Positions 12,088-26,546 are shown, counted from the first letter of the stretch. The stretch is DNA of 64,000 nucleotides from Selaginella moellendorffii (GCF_000143415.4 NW_003314271.1:2028806-2092805); one strand, 5' to 3'. Program-made: numbers and translations. The notes: generated by a model from the sequence alone, not told the origin.

Positions 12088-15000
12088 TGAGTAGGTTCAC
12101 ATGGAACACTAGGTGCATCTTCCCCATCTCTCAAGGAAGTCAGAGGCTATAAGACACTTTACCGATATGCCTCAATCTCGTAAGGCCCCACAAACCTGCT
12201 TAAAGAGTTCAATATCAGTTCATTTCCAGGATTACATGCATTTTTACCTTTGGGGCTGATCCCTACTGGTGAAGATCTTATGTCGATCTGAGATGATCTC
12301 TTCTGGCCTTCCTTGCACTCAAACCATTTGTTCGAAGAACAACTTCGCCACACCTTCCTCATCCACTTCCGTTATGGTGGGTATGAAATGTGCCATCTTC
12401 GAAAATCGATCCACCACCACAAATATCACATCGAACCCCTCACTTGGGGGGAGTCCCGTGATGAAGTCCATTGTAAGAGATTTCCACGGTCGATCTGGAA
12501 TTCGGATGCTTTGTAACAAGCCCCCACTAGCCTTAGTCATGGCTTTGACCTATTGACATGTTGGACATATCTTTACATAGTCTTGGATGTCCTTAGCCAT
12601 ATCTGGCCAGTGATACTTCCTCTTGAGTAAGCCTATCGTCTTAGGCATTCTGCCGTGTCCTGCAAGAGGTCCATTATGACACTCTTCTAAGGCTACCTTC
12701 CTTAGTTCCCCTTCTGGAACATACACCCTTGTTTGTTTATAATAGATAAGTCCATTGCATTCTGTATAACCTGTTTTCTCTTCCGTTGGCAACTCACCTC
12801 TCTTGTGAGCTTCTTGCGCCTCTTGGTTCCTCAGCAACACTTCTTGTGCTAGACCATTGCTCTTATATGCTGTCCACAGATCGTCCCAAAGGTTGCTATT
12901 GCGTTAGATATCATCAACTTCAAGCTTGCTTTTTGACTTAGAGCATCTGCCACGATATTACTCTTTCTAGGTTTATACAGAATCTCGCAATCAAACTCAA
13001 CCAAAGCATTAGCCCACCAACCTTGTTTCCCTTTTAAGTCAGGTTGTGACAAGAAGTGTTTCATTGCCACATTATTCATGTAAACTTTAAAGTGCCTCCA
13101 AAGGTAGTGTCGCCACTCCTTGAGTGACTTGACCACCGCAAATAATTCCTTCTCGTGGGCAGGCCACTTCGCTGAGCCTTGTCCAACTTCTTCGAGAAGA
13201 ACACCACTGGATAGTTGTTTTGCTTAAAAATTGTGCCCAACATAAAGTTTGAAGCATCTGTTTCTACTTTAAAGTCCTTACCAAAGTCAGGTAACGCCAA
13301 TACGGGGGTCTTCCTCAACTTCCCTTTGAGGTGGACAAATGCTGCCTTGCATTCTATTATCCATACCATCTTCCTTTTACCCGTTTGGTCTATTAAGGGT
13401 AGAGCTACTCTCGAATAGTGTTTGATAAACTTTTGGTAGTAGTTGCATAGCCCCAAGAACGCCCTCAACTCATGTACATTTGATGGTTGCTTCCATTCCT
13501 GGATAGCTTGGACCTTCTCAGGGTCCACCTTGAGCCCGTCCTTGCCCACCACATGCCCAAGAAACTTTACCTCTTGTTGAGTAAAGTCACATTTGCTCTC
13601 TTTAGCATACAGGTTGTGTTCCCTTAGTTTCTTAAACTTGTTTTTCTTTGTATACTTGTTGAGCAACCAGTAGTCTATGCACATATGCATAGATCCATCT
13701 TTCTTTTTCACAAATAACACCGGTGCCTCATATGACAACTTACTCAACCTAACATACCCTTTTTCCACCAACTCTTCTAGTTGGCGCTTGAGCTCCTCGA
13801 GTTCCTTTTCGTTCAAACAATAGGGGGGATGAACCATCGCCTTCACACCCTCGACCAGCTCATTCTTGTGTTCTATCAGTCGTGTGGGGGCAACCCCACT
13901 GGTAGCTCCTCTAGAATGGTATCTTGGAATTAGTCCAACACCCGCTGGATCACTAAAGGTACTTCTTCAGTTCCCATCTTTTTGTCACTCTTCACGAGAG
14001 TAAGCATAAAAATGCTGCCTTGGTTCCTTTAGTGAATTGTCCTCTCGTGGACACTAGGTTTAAGCAAGAGTCTTTGGCTTTACATTGCCCTACTTTTAGA
14101 TCCTGGGCATCCACCCTGGATTGTTCTCCCTGAGCATTTGCCAGTACCACAAGGTTCTTCCTTTGTCCATGCAGGGCTACTATGAACCAATTGAACCAAT
14201 TCATCCCGAAGATTATGTCAAATCCCGCCATGTCCAACACGGTGAAATCTATGTCTACTTTCCATGTCCCTACTTCGACTCTCACTTGTCGAAGTATCTC
14301 ATCGGTGCTTTGTCTACCTTGAACAAACTCTATTATCCTTGGTTCACCCAGCCGCTGTACGGTTATTCCGGCTTGCTGAACTATATCTGTAGCCACAAAA
14401 TTATCTGAAGCACCCGTGTCAATAAGGATCTTAACAAAGATACCTCCGAGCTTCCCTCGGAGGGCTAGTAGATGTCGCGAACAACTCTCTACCAAAGTTG
14501 CTTGTGTAATGAGTAACTTTGAGCTAGGGACTGGATCACGTACCTTAATTTAGATTTCACCCGACTTAATGGCCATATTGGCTCTGGCCTTCTTCGGGTA
14601 GGGACATTCCCTCAAAAAGTGTCCTGCTTTGTTGCAGTTGTAGCATATGTTGTTTCCCACGCTGCTAACAGACTTGACCTTCTTATCTGTGGGTTTGTCT
14701 CTTTTTTCTTGACTCCCCCATGTACTTGCTCGTTGGGCACTGGATTTGCCTTTTCGGAACCTCGAGGACTCATTCTTAGATAAACTCTTCTTGAATTTCC
14801 CTTTGCTATATATTCCCCTTGGTTTGGCCCCTTTGCTAAATGTGAACCCCGATAGCCACATCCAACGGTTCTTTGTAGTTGGTCGGGTTCCAATGCATCA
14901 CTTCGCTGTAAGCCCAAGTTTGCAAGCCTGATATGAAAGCATGGAACGCATCCATATCACTCATATTCGTGACAAGTATCCTCTTTGCCATAAACCCATT

Positions 15001-16875
15001 CACATACTCTTGAATGGTTCCATTTTGCTTCAACCTTCTCAGCTTATCCCTTAGTGTAGAGTAGCATTTGGAGGAACATAACTCGCACAGATCCTCGCCT
15101 TCATCATTTCCCAAGTGGCCACTGGTCCTTCATTGGTCTCTGTCGTTCTCCACCAAGACTTGGCATTATCTGCCAAGTATGGTTTTGCATATGGGACCTT
15201 CTCCGAGCTCGGTAACCGCAACGCTTAGAAGTAGTCCTCTAAATCAGAAAACCAATCCTCCACCACCTTATAGTCATTCACTCCCTTGAAGACCGGTGGA
15301 GGCTTTGGTTTGTTCTTGGGAACTACTTGGGGGACTGATTCCACTTTGGTCTGTTCGACCTTGTTTGGTTCTGCCTGAGTCCCTGCTGAAGGGTTCGCAC
15401 CTTCTGTGTTGCCAGCATTCATAGTTTTTTGCCTTTTCTTCCGCTTCTCATCACACTTTAGCTTGCATATGAGAGTCTCCAGCAGGGCATTGGCCTATGC
15501 CAATTGTCCTTCTAGAATGTCCAACCGAGCCCGAACCTCACCACTAGACTCCTGTTTGGAAGTTTCCTCACTGGAGTCCTCCTCATGCAAGGATTCCTCA
15601 TCTATAGCCTCTTATTCGATCGAAGGCTCCAGCTTTGGAGGAGGTTCCGTCTCCGCCTTGGTCCATTTCTGCCCTGCCTTTACCATCTCCCAGAAATCCA
15701 CCTCTATCCTTCGCTAGAACTAAGGAAAAGGCTCCAATACTAAATTGTAAGCCACAAATTTTTCCTCTCTAATTTGCCACCTTACCTCGTCTATCTGACC
15801 GACACCGCCTTAGCCTTTGCAAAGTTCCCTCGCCAAGGTTCCCGCATATTGTATCATCTCCTACTTGGTCCTACTTGGTTTCAGCTACTCACTACATGAA
15901 TAATGGAGTGTTAACCATCCATCCACGGATTCCCAAATCTTTCCCAATCACCCTCCCTAGGTTAGACTGGACTTAAAGTTCGGCTACACTCCCCGTAGGT
16001 ACAAGTAGCCAAGCACACCAATCCTCCAGATTCCTGACATCCCTTGGTATAACAAGACATGATCATGGGACCCTCTAAATCCTAAGCCTTGGGTGCAACA
16101 TTTGCTTCGGGACACTAGGGCAAAACACCGTAGCTTAACGGCCCTGTGTGGGTACCTCTACCCCCCCACTTCCATCCCGAAGGGAAGGCCCAAGCCCCTG
16201 GGAAGGGCGAGGACCAATGAGCCACAAGGTATTCAAGTGGGGCACCATTCCATATGAGTCGGGAGCACCACAGTCGGTTTCCCTTCCAGGAGTGGTAGCT
16301 GCTCTTGAGCACTTCCTTGGGTGGCCCCTCCAGCATCACTCGAGTCCATGCTCATTCCCACCCAAGGCCCCTTGGCCCTAGTCTCAACCTCAAGTCAGTT
16401 GGAAGCACCATTGGAGAGTTCCTTCAAGACTGGTTCCTGGACCTCACTATCCCTACTATATTTTTGGAACCCCTTGCAACCCCCCCCGGGAGACACATGC
16501 TTTGGGCTTTCACCCCTTGACCTGTATTGGTATTTGGACTCGGTCTCGGACTCGGTCTCATACCTGACTTCGAACTCGGTCTCGGACTCGATCTCGGACT
16601 CGATTTCGGACCCGATCTCGAACTCAACCTTGGACTCGGTCTTGGACCCAATCTTGGATCTTGGACTCGGTCTCAAACTCGCTCTCGAACTCGCTCTCGA
16701 ACTCAGTCTCGCAGTTAGCCTCGAACTCGATCCTGGACTCTATCTCAAACTTGGTCTTAGAGTTGGTCTTGGACTCGATCTCGGACTCGGTCCCATCCGA
16801 TGAACTCTTTATCATTTCGGTCGTGCTTTCGGGGATCTTTTAGCCTACGACACCTTGGGGAGTTGGTTACTTACA
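12088..16875 (-). mobile_element. Ty3/gypsy chromovirus family A, copy A1 (degenerate; 3' part displaced by the DNA transposon)
   Basis: 5' LTR 15746-16875 and degenerate tRNA-iMet PBS at 15731-15742. Gag with CYNCNKAGHFLREC, protease LIDTGAS, RT (core deleted), RNase H ETDAS, integrase His/Cys zinc finger and [15 protein letters not shown]. Confidence 0.92.
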
Positions 16876-18385
16876 CATACCTTTTGTATTAGTCTCATTG
16901 GCATGGTTGACGTTTTGTGTTAGTCTCATTGGCATGGCCGACTAACCTGAGGCATAGTCTAGCTCCCGCTTGTATGCCTGTCCTTGTTCTGCGTCCGGCT
17001 TGGGTCTAAGCTTAAGTTTCATTCCATGCTAACTGGTGAAGTACCCATATCCACGTGTTAAGCCACCGGTATGCTAAAATAGTTCTAGACTCCATTTGGC
17101 TCTGTTTTTGGCATTAGGATGCTGGATATTCTAAGACTATTCCAAGTCACTCCGTGCTCCTGTCCCTTCGCTCCTTGGGCTGTATGCTCAAGAGTTGTTT
17201 CGTGCTCTAGTGCCATTGCTTCTTGGCTCCATACCTTGGAGTTTGGCACTATTCCTTCATTCAATTTCCCAAGGTCTTGAAACTCGGGTTCCACACCATT
17301 GCCTTTTGGACACGTGGCATGTGACACATGGCATATAGCATGTGGCACATGGAGGGTTTAGGTTCTACTTCCATGGTTATCTTATAGTAAATCACCATAA
17401 GATAAAGGGTAAAAACCACATGCACTACATTTGGTACCAAAGGATGAGTCTCAGTGAGTACTATCTAATGAGATTGGGCAACTAGTCTCGTTGCATACAC
17501 AGAAATGAAAATGATGATCCGAGTGGGTACACGTTTGGGTGCTAAGACTTTGCATTGGTTCCTTGGGTATGGATTTGGTTACCTTTTTGTACCATAATAA
17601 TGTGAGCTTGCTCTTGGGCTCATAAGAGGGATTGAGATATTTCGTTTACACGAGTTTGTGCTAGGACTTGTGAATGAGGCACATTAACAACTTAAAGCTA
17701 CACTTTGAGTTGGTAAGATGGATTTGAGGTGTACCATTTTACACAAGTTTGCACTTGGGCTTGTGAGTAAAGCATATTAACAACTCGAGGTTACACTTTG
17801 AGTTGGCAAGATTAATATTTGCCTATTGGTGGTTTCATGAGTTGTTCTTTGTACCGTGGGTGAAAGTAAACCTTCCCTACTAAATATGGAATGTCCCTAG
17901 ATTGTTAATTTGGACACGAGACAAACAACATTGTGTTCATGACAATCTCTACATTCCGTAGATATGCCAAATGAGCAAATCTGGACACTTTCCATATATA
18001 GCATTTGGGACCAAAATGAGACTAACACAAAGGGCATGAGCGAGGGTGTTTGGCAGACACGGTAAGCTATCATTTAGTGAATATTGAGGGACCAAACTCA
18101 ATATTGTGGGGTTCCTAACACTAGTAAGTGTAAGTTAACAAATGAGTTTCTCTAACCAGGTCAAGTATGCTTGACTAATAACACTTAGGAATTCCGTCCT
18201 TATGCTCATATAGTCAAGTGCACATGTGAAGACCAGTTTCTCAACTAGCTTAGGCAGAGACTGATAAAGGATCCAGAAATACCGACCTCTTGCCGTCATG
18301 GCAATAAGGAAAGAATATCCGAAAGGACTAGCCAACAGGTAACTTTCAATACCCAAAGTCACATTTGTGACACTCTCCCCCCTTT
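16876..18385. mobile_element. Two fragments of LTR family B in opposite orientations
   Basis: About 16940-17326 is the reverse complement of 37870-38116 plus 45724-45880; it ends TGTGACA and is followed by a PBS-like TGGCATATAGC. About 17875-18372 matches 46025-46526 directly and is followed by a minus-strand PPT (CTCTCCCCCCTTT). Confidence 0.7.
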
Positions 18386-18899
18386 AGGGAAGATTGACGT
18401 CTTTGTCGATACATACTCGAGTTTAGACTACCGCCAAGGAAACAATTCCGGAAAAAGTTCATGATGATCACACTATGTGAGAAATGCACTAACTTAAATA
18501 AGTTAGGAGGCAACCTCTTTGTCTAACGTGGATGTGCTACCAGCTCAGATATCTTTAGGCCATCGATGATAAGGAAATGACCAACAAAGTTAGCCACCCT
18601 TGCTACTCTAGGTGTCACCCAGCTTACAAAAGTGTGATATACTTCTACCCGTAGGGACATAGAGAGAGAAGCTAAAGGCCCTAACCCTCATGAGCAAAAA
18701 AACCAAACCTGTCAGTAAGGTTTAGATAAACTATTGTAAATAGGTAGTTAGAGTTGTTTACATGGTCACACCCTTTTAACGGAATAAGGAACATCAATAG
18801 AGAAGTGGGTGATGTGACTAGTCAACAGTAGCCACTTCATGACTAAAGATTTTATCATGCACACGAAGTGCCGAAGCCAGTTTGCATATACTGACTCAA

Positions 18900-20258
18900 A
18901 CTCAAAGATTAATAAGTGGATAGAGACAATGATATCTTAGAGACTTAATTATTAGTGAATAAATCTTAGTTTAGAACACAAAAGTATTCCAAATAAGTTA
19001 TCATCCAATAAACCAGTAGTAGAGCACATAAACCACTAAGAACACTATAGCTGGAAAACGTAGGATTCACAATTCAACAAAATTCAATAGCAAGTGTATC
19101 ATCGAGAAAACTCAATGATAAATCTTAACTACCAAAGTTTCTAAACAATATGCCAAACAACGTACCAAAAATAACTAAAAGAACACAAAGTATCATTGAC
19201 TGACAAGCAAAATATTCATGAATGTATCACCTGAAGGAGAGAACATCCAAATCTATCAGAACTAACTCGAGCAAAACAGAATAAATGTGGTAAAACCAAC
19301 AAACACCCAGTCATGCCAATTATCATAGAAGCCAATCTGAATAGATTTTGATCTACAATACAAAGGAACTCAAGCTGCTTAAACAAGTGTCAGCAACATC
19401 CTACTAATGTCTCAAACCCAAGAAATCAATCCAGAGAAAACCACAAAGAACATATAGTTATGCAAAAAGCCAAATGCCATAAAAAAGAACAACTAATCAT
19501 CATAAAAGATCATCAATCCTCTCATCAAAAGAGACATGCATAATCATTGTTGAAAAAATAATCCATCATCCCAAAGGACAACAAATCATTCTATGTCAAC
19601 AACAATCAACAAAAAACCCTTTGACAAGGATAATCAACTATCCTAGATAATAGTAAATCATCACTAATGATTGCAAGATATAAATGGAAACTTCAACATC
19701 GAAGCTAATGAGCTAAAATGCCTTCCTCAACAACTTCTAACAAATGAAACAATAAGTCTAAAACTCAAAGAACCAAATGCTAAATAAGCCTATAGCCAAG
19801 TCTTGGCTAAAAATAATCACAAATCTTGCATGAACTAACTTCAATGTTAAAGAAGAAATCATGATACAACCCACAATATCCTTCTCAACACATCCATAAG
19901 CCAAACTTTATAATGCTAAAGCTAATGAAAAACATATCTGCATCAACTTAAAAGCTAAGCATAACAAAACTATGCTCAACAAGTAATCACTAAACCTTTA
20001 TGAATCCATCTATAACAAGACATAACTCACTTCATAACAAACACAAGAAGAATCATTAATGATCGATATATACCAATTCAAAAATCCAATAAAGATTCAA
20101 ACATTCCAATAACAATCAATAACTCTTCCTCTCTTAAAGCTAGCATAGTCCATGATTGAATCACTTTTCAAGGAAAAACTAAAGCTCAACCCTTACTAAA
20201 CAATCTTGTCTAGAACACAACTAACTTAAATTTGCCACTCAACTCATTTAAACGTCAA
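18900..20258 (+). other. Highly decayed A/C-rich relic (probably an old retroelement), continuous with 59085-60600
   Basis: No ORFs and a G-poor plus strand. Joined to 59085+ by the GTCAA TSD. A zinc-knuckle-like remnant (CY..GHLSR.C) lies near 60100-60145. Confidence 0.4.
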
Positions 20259-21779
20259 TGTAAGCCATAAATTTTTCCTTTTCAATTTGTCAGCTTATCT
20301 CATCTATCCAACCAACACTGCCTTAGCCTTAACTAAGTTCCCTTGCTAAGGTTCCCACCTATTGTACCAACTTTTACTTGGTCCTACTTAGTTTCAACTA
20401 CTCACTGCATAAGCAACGGAGCATTAGCCATCTATCCACAAACACCTAAATCTCTCCCAATCCCCTCCCTGAGTTAGACTGGACTTAAAGTTTAGTTACA
20501 CTCCCCGCAAGCACAAGTAGCAAGGCACACCAAGCCTCCAAGTTCCTAACATCCCTTAGTACAATAAGACTTGATTATGGGACCCTCTAAATCCCAAGCC
20601 TTGGGTGCAATACTTACTTCGGGATGCCAGGGGGGAAACACCATGGCATAACGGCCTAGTATGGGTCCCTCTACCACCCCACTTCCATCATGAAGGGAAG
20701 GCCCAAGCCCCTAGGAAGGGCGAGGACTAATGAGCCGCAAGATACTCAAATAGGGCACCATTCCATATGAGTCAAAAGCACCACAGTCGATTTCCCTTCC
20801 GAGAGTGGGAGCTGCTCTTGAGCACTTCCTTGGGTGGCCCCTCCAGCACCACCCGAGTCCATGCTCACTCCCACCTAAGGCCCCTTGGCCTCAGTCTCAA
20901 CCTCAAGTTAGTTTGGAAGCACCACTAGAGAGTTCCTTCAAGATTGGTTCCTGAACCTCACTATCCCTACTATACTTCTGGACCCCCCTACAGCCGCCCC
21001 CCCCCCTCCCCCCCCTAGGAGACATATGCTTTGGGCTTTCACCCTCGACCTATATTAGTACTCAGACTTGGTCTCGAACTCAATCTCTCGATCTTGAACC
21101 TGACATCGGACTTGGTCTTGGACTCGATCTTGGATCTCAGACTCTATCTCAAACTCGGTCTCAAACTCGGTCTCAAAGTCGGCCTCGGACTCGATCCGGG
21201 ACTCTATCTCAAACTTGGTCTCAAAGTCGGTCTTGGACTCAATCTCAGACTTGGTCCCATCCGATGAACTCTTTATCATTTCGGTCGTGCTTTCGGGGAT
21301 CCTTTAGCCTACGACACCTCGGGGAGTTGGTTCCTTACAACTTCACCACCTATAGAAGAAGTTCAATGTCCACATCAAATGTCTCTTTTTAATCATACGA
21401 CTTGTTGACTATGTCTTCGAGGGCATCCCTTCACTTAGCAGTGTGCCTAAGTTAGCCTCCCCGGCCAAAAGCCTATGACAACAAAATATAAGTGTCTCTA
21501 TACCCCTCACCTCACCATGCTCTAGTATGGGGTTGGGACTTGAACCCAACCTTGCTTTACTAGGGGGTTGGGACTTGAACCCAACCTCTGTAGATCACAT
21601 CTACGGATTTGACATCCCCGCGGGGAGTTGGGCGTAGTTCCCTACGCATGGTTGACCTAGCTAACCCATGTTAACTAGCTTACCTTCAACGCGCCTTCGG
21701 GTCCCAACATATGCCATTGCTCAACTTCACAAATTGATACTTTTAATTTAACTTTGCATAAGTATATAGAGTTCTGCTT

Positions 21780-24700
21780 TGTAGAAATTCCTCCACTAAA
21801 TCTCGCACGTTTGTTAGGTTCTCCTCCGATTCTTATGTTGCTTCACAGTATGGAAATCCTTTCCATTTCACATGGAACTCTCTCACCTCGTGTCTTTGTC
21901 GTTTGCTCTTGTGCGCATTGAGGATGGCCTTGACTTTGTATTCCTCTTCCCCTTAGATAACCTCAGGTAAAGGTCTCACTTGGTCCTTGCGAAGCAGATT
22001 CTCAAAGTACGGCTTGAGTAGGTTCACATGGAACACTGGGGAAGATGCACCCATCTCTTGAGGAAGTCGGAGGTGGTAAACCACTTTACCAATTTGTGCC
22101 TCAATTTCATAAGGCCCCGTGAACCTGCTTAAGGAACTCAAGATGAGTTCATTTCCAAGACTACATGAATTTTTACCTTTGGGTCAACTTCCGGCTGATC
22201 CCACTTGGTAACCTGAGGTTCTTGGTGTTCAGCCACACCTTCTCCCCAGCTTGGAACTTTACATCTTGATGCTTTTGGTTTGCATACTTGGTTTGCCTTT
22301 GTTGAGCCCGTTCCATGGAATCCCTTACTAGATTCCAAATGTTGAGTATTTCCGCCATGAATGCCTCCACTATAGGTAACTCTCCATGATACTCGGCCAC
22401 GCCGAGTTCCACAAGACCTTCAATAGCTCACCCATTGATGACTTCCCATGGACTCACCCCGATACTCGAGTGTGGTGAGTTGTTGTAGCACATTTCCGCA
22501 AGTCCCAAATGACTTACCCAATCGGTCAGGTGTCTCGAGACATAGCATCGCAAATAATCCTCCAGCTGCCTATTCACCCTTTCTGTTTTTCCATCTGTCA
22601 AGAAGTGTTAGTGCCATCAAACTTGACTTAATACCCAATACCTGTATGTGGGTGATAGGTTGTGCTGAATTTCAACTTGGTGCGATATTGTTCTAGGAGA
22701 GTTCTCTAGAACCTACTAGTGAAGATCTTATCTCGATTTGAGATAATCTCTTTTGGCCTTCCCCACACTCAAACCACTTGTTCAAAGAACAACTTCGCCA
22801 CACTTTCCGTATCCACTTCCGTTGTGGTAGGTATGAAATATACTATCTTCAAAAATCGGTCCACCACCACAAATATCGCATCGAACCCCTCGCTTGGGGA
22901 GAGTCCCGTGATGAAGTCCATCATAAGACATTTTCACGGACGATCTAGAATTGGGATGCTTTGTAACAAGCCCTCACTATCCTTAATCATGGCTTTGACC
23001 TGCTAACATGTTGGACATGTCTTTACATAGTCTTGGACGTCTTTAGCCATATTTGGTCAGTGATACTCCTTTTGAGTAAGCCCATCATCTTGGGCACTCC
23101 GCCGTGTCCCGCAAAAGGTCCGTCATGGCACTCTTCTAAGGCTACCTTCCTTAGTTCGCCTTCTGGAATATACACCCTCATTTGTTTATAATAGATGAGT
23201 CCATTGCATTCTGCATAAAATGTTTTCTCTTCCATTGGCAACTCACCTCTCTTGTGAGCTTCTCGCCCCTCTTGGTTCCTCAACAACACTTCTTGTGCTA
23301 TACCATCACTCTTATATGCTATCTGCAGATCGTCCCAAAGGTTGCTATTGCGCTAGATATTGCCAACTTCAAGCTTAATTTTTGACTTAGAGCATTTGCC
23401 ATGATGTTGCTCTTCCCAAGTTTATACAGAATCTCGCAATTGAACTCAGCCAAAACATTGGCCCACCAACCTTGTTTCCCTCTTAGGTCAGGTTGTCACA
23501 AGAAGTGTTCCATGGCCACATTATCCATGTAAACTTTAAAGTGCCTCCCAAGGTAGTATTGCTACTCTTTGAGTGCCTTGACCACCACAAATAATTCCTT
23601 CTCATGGGCAAGCCACTTTTGCTGAGCCTTGTCCAACTTCTTCGAGAAGAATGCCACTAGATGGTTGTTTTGCTTCAAAACTGCACCCAACGCAAAGTCT
23701 GAAGCATCCGTTTCTACCTCAAAGTCCTTACCAAAGTCGGGTAACGCCAACACGGGAGTCTTCCTTAACTTCCCTTTGAGGTTGACAAATGTCGCTTTGC
23801 ATTCCGTAGTCCATACCATCTTCCCTTTACCCGTTTTGTCCGTTAAGGGTAAGGTTACTCTCGAATAGTGTTTGATAAACTTTTGGTAGTAGTTGCATAG
23901 CCCCAAGAACGCCCTAACCTCATGTACATTCGATGGTCACTCCCATTCCTGGATCGCTTGGACCTTCTTAGGGTCCACCTTGAGCCCATCCTTGCTCACC
24001 ACATGCCCAACAAAATTTACCTCTTGTTGAGCAAAGTCATATTCGCTTTCTTTAGTATACAATTTGTGTTCCCTTAGTTTCTCAAACACCTTTGTCAAGT
24101 GTTTGGCATGCTCCTTTAGCATCTCGCTATAGATCAAGATGTTGTCAATATAGACGACTACGAAGTGATCCAGATAGGGTACAAAGATATGGTTCATCAG
24201 CACCAAAAACGTTGCCGGCACATTGCACAGCCTAAAGGGCATCACTAAAAACTCAAAGCTCCCATACCTTGTTCAACAGGTTGTCTTCTTGACATCTTCC
24301 TCTGCTACCCTGATCTGGTAGTATCTTGACCTTAAGTCAATCCTTAAGAAGTATTTCGCCTTTTCCAACCTATCAAACAGGTCCTCAATCCTTGGCAAAG
24401 GGTACTTATTTTTCTTTGTATACTTGTTGAGAAACCGGTAGTGTATGCACGGTTGCCTTTCCAGGGGGGAAGAGATAGAGCTCGTAGCCCGTCCCAGGCT
24501 CCACATAGCCCACACGCTCTCCTTTCTCATATTGATCGGCAATCTGTGACAAAACAAAGAGCACATAGATCCATCTTTCTTTTTCACAAATAACACCAGT
24601 GCCCCATACAATGACTTGCTTGACCTAACATACCCTTTGTCCACCAACTCTTCTAGTTGGTGCTTGAGCTCCTCGAGTTCCTTTTCGTTCAAACGATAGG

Positions 24701-25587
24701 GGGGACGAACCACCACCTTAGCACCTTCGACTAGTTCAATCTTGTGTTCTATCGATCGTGCGGGGGGCAACCCCGCTGGTAGCTCCTCTGGCATGGTATC
24801 CTGGAATTGGTGCAACACCTGCTGAATCACTAAAGTTACTTCTTCCATTCCCATCTTTTTGTCACTCTTCACCGAGTAAGCATAAAAATGTTGCTTTGGT
24901 TCTTTTAATGAGTTGTCCTCTCATGAACACCAGGCTTAAGCAAGAGTCTTTGGCCTTACATTGCCCTACCTTTAGATCCTAGGCCTCCACCCTAAATCAT
25001 TCTCCCCGGGTATTTGCTAGTACCACAAAGTTCTTACCTTGTCCATGCAGGGCTACTATGAACCGATTGAATCAATCCATCCCGAAGATTATGTCAAATC
25101 CCGCCATGTCCAACACAGTGAAACCCATATCTACTTTCCATGTCCCTACTTCAACTCTCGCTTATCGAAGTACCTCATTAGTACTTTGGCTACCTTGAGC
25201 AAACTCTATAGTCCTTGGTCTGACTCTGGCCTTCTTCGGGTAGGGACATTCCCTCGAGAAGTGTCCCGCTTCACTATAGTTGTAGCATACGTTATTTCCT
25301 ATGCTACTAACAGACTTGACCTTCTTATCCAGGGGTTTGTCTCTTTTTGGTTTACTCCCCCATGTATTTGATTGTTGGCCACCGGATTTGCCTTTCCGGA
25401 ACCCTGAGGACTCATGCTTAAAGAAACTTCTTTTGAATTTCCCTTTGCTATATGTTCCCCTTGGTTTGGCCCCTTTGCTAAATGTGGACCCCGACCCCGT
25501 TGTGTTCCCCTTTCGTAGGTTATTATTGAAATGCACCTTGATAGCTGGATCTAACGCTTCCTTGTAGTTGGTTGGGTTCCAATGCAT
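21780..25587 (-). pseudogene. Family A gag-pol remnant: gag, PR (partly deleted), RT, RNase H, integrase, chromodomain
   Basis: [20 protein letters not shown] (YxDD variant), ETDASDFA, GPY-region FTGPYEI, and chromodomain EYKVKAIL..FHVKWKGFPYCEAT*E at ~21780-21952. Confidence 0.9.
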
Positions 25588-25959
25588 CCTAGATCTACGA
25601 GTAGGGGTGATTCTTGGTGCTAGATTTGGCCAAATTGGCAGCATGCAAAAGGATTTTCTTGTTCGGCATCTTTGTGGCAGGAATTCGTGCTCCTCTGGGC
25701 CTTGTTTTGGATGTCGTTTGTTTCTAGAGGTGCTCCTGGTCCTAGGCTTTCCAAAAATACCAACAGCGTCTTAGTATCTATCTACATCAGTGACATGCAG
25801 ATGTTTTTCCACAATATTGGCGTTCTAGGCTACCTCTTCTTGGATTTTGTGGAATATTGAGATGGCTTCTTCCCAAATTCCTGTGATAGAGGATAGACGG
25901 GGCTGAGCTCTTTCCAACGAACCCACCAACAGTCAAAATGTGGAAGGATCAAGACCAGA

Positions 25960-26546
25960 TATAACGCACTTTATCTCTCTCCCCTTAAGCCAACTGGAAA
26001 AGGGGCAATTGCTTAATGAGAGAGCCCTTAGTGGCTATTTTATCCCCATTTATCCCCCAAGGTTCCAAGGATCCACGGTGACAGTATATCCAGATGACTA
26101 GTAGGGGTTGCTAGTCAATAGTCAATGAAGACATTGACATCTTTGAAGGGGGGGTGAGTGTAGTGCATATGATCATGGGATGAGATTCATCCGTACCGCA
26201 GTCCCACGGTGGATACCTTCGTCCGTGGATACTCCACACAAGAGGAAGGACATACGCATGGATGCCCAATACGTACGATTTCAAATTTAAGGGTAGGAAT
26301 ATACCTTGCTCAAGGGTATATTATACTTTTAAATAGCCACTAATCAATGGGAATCGAACCCGTGCCATTTGCTCCGAAACCAACTGTAACGCACCTTATC
26401 TCTCTCCCCTTAAGCCAACTGGAAAAGGGGCAATTGCTTGATGAGAGAGCCCTTAGTGGCTATTTTATCCCCATTTATCCCCCAAGGTTCCAAGAATCCA
26501 CAGTGACAGTTTATCCAAATCTCATCCCATGATCACATGCGCTACA
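25960..26546 (-). mobile_element. TRIM family D with an internal inversion
   Basis: LTRs of ~160 bp and TSD CCAGA (25955-25959, 26547-26551). 26093-26187 is inverted relative to the other copies. Confidence 0.88.

Noticed and set aside
21535-21582. tRNA genes
   Set aside because: Only T-arm/B-box-like motifs; no full cloverleaf is evident.
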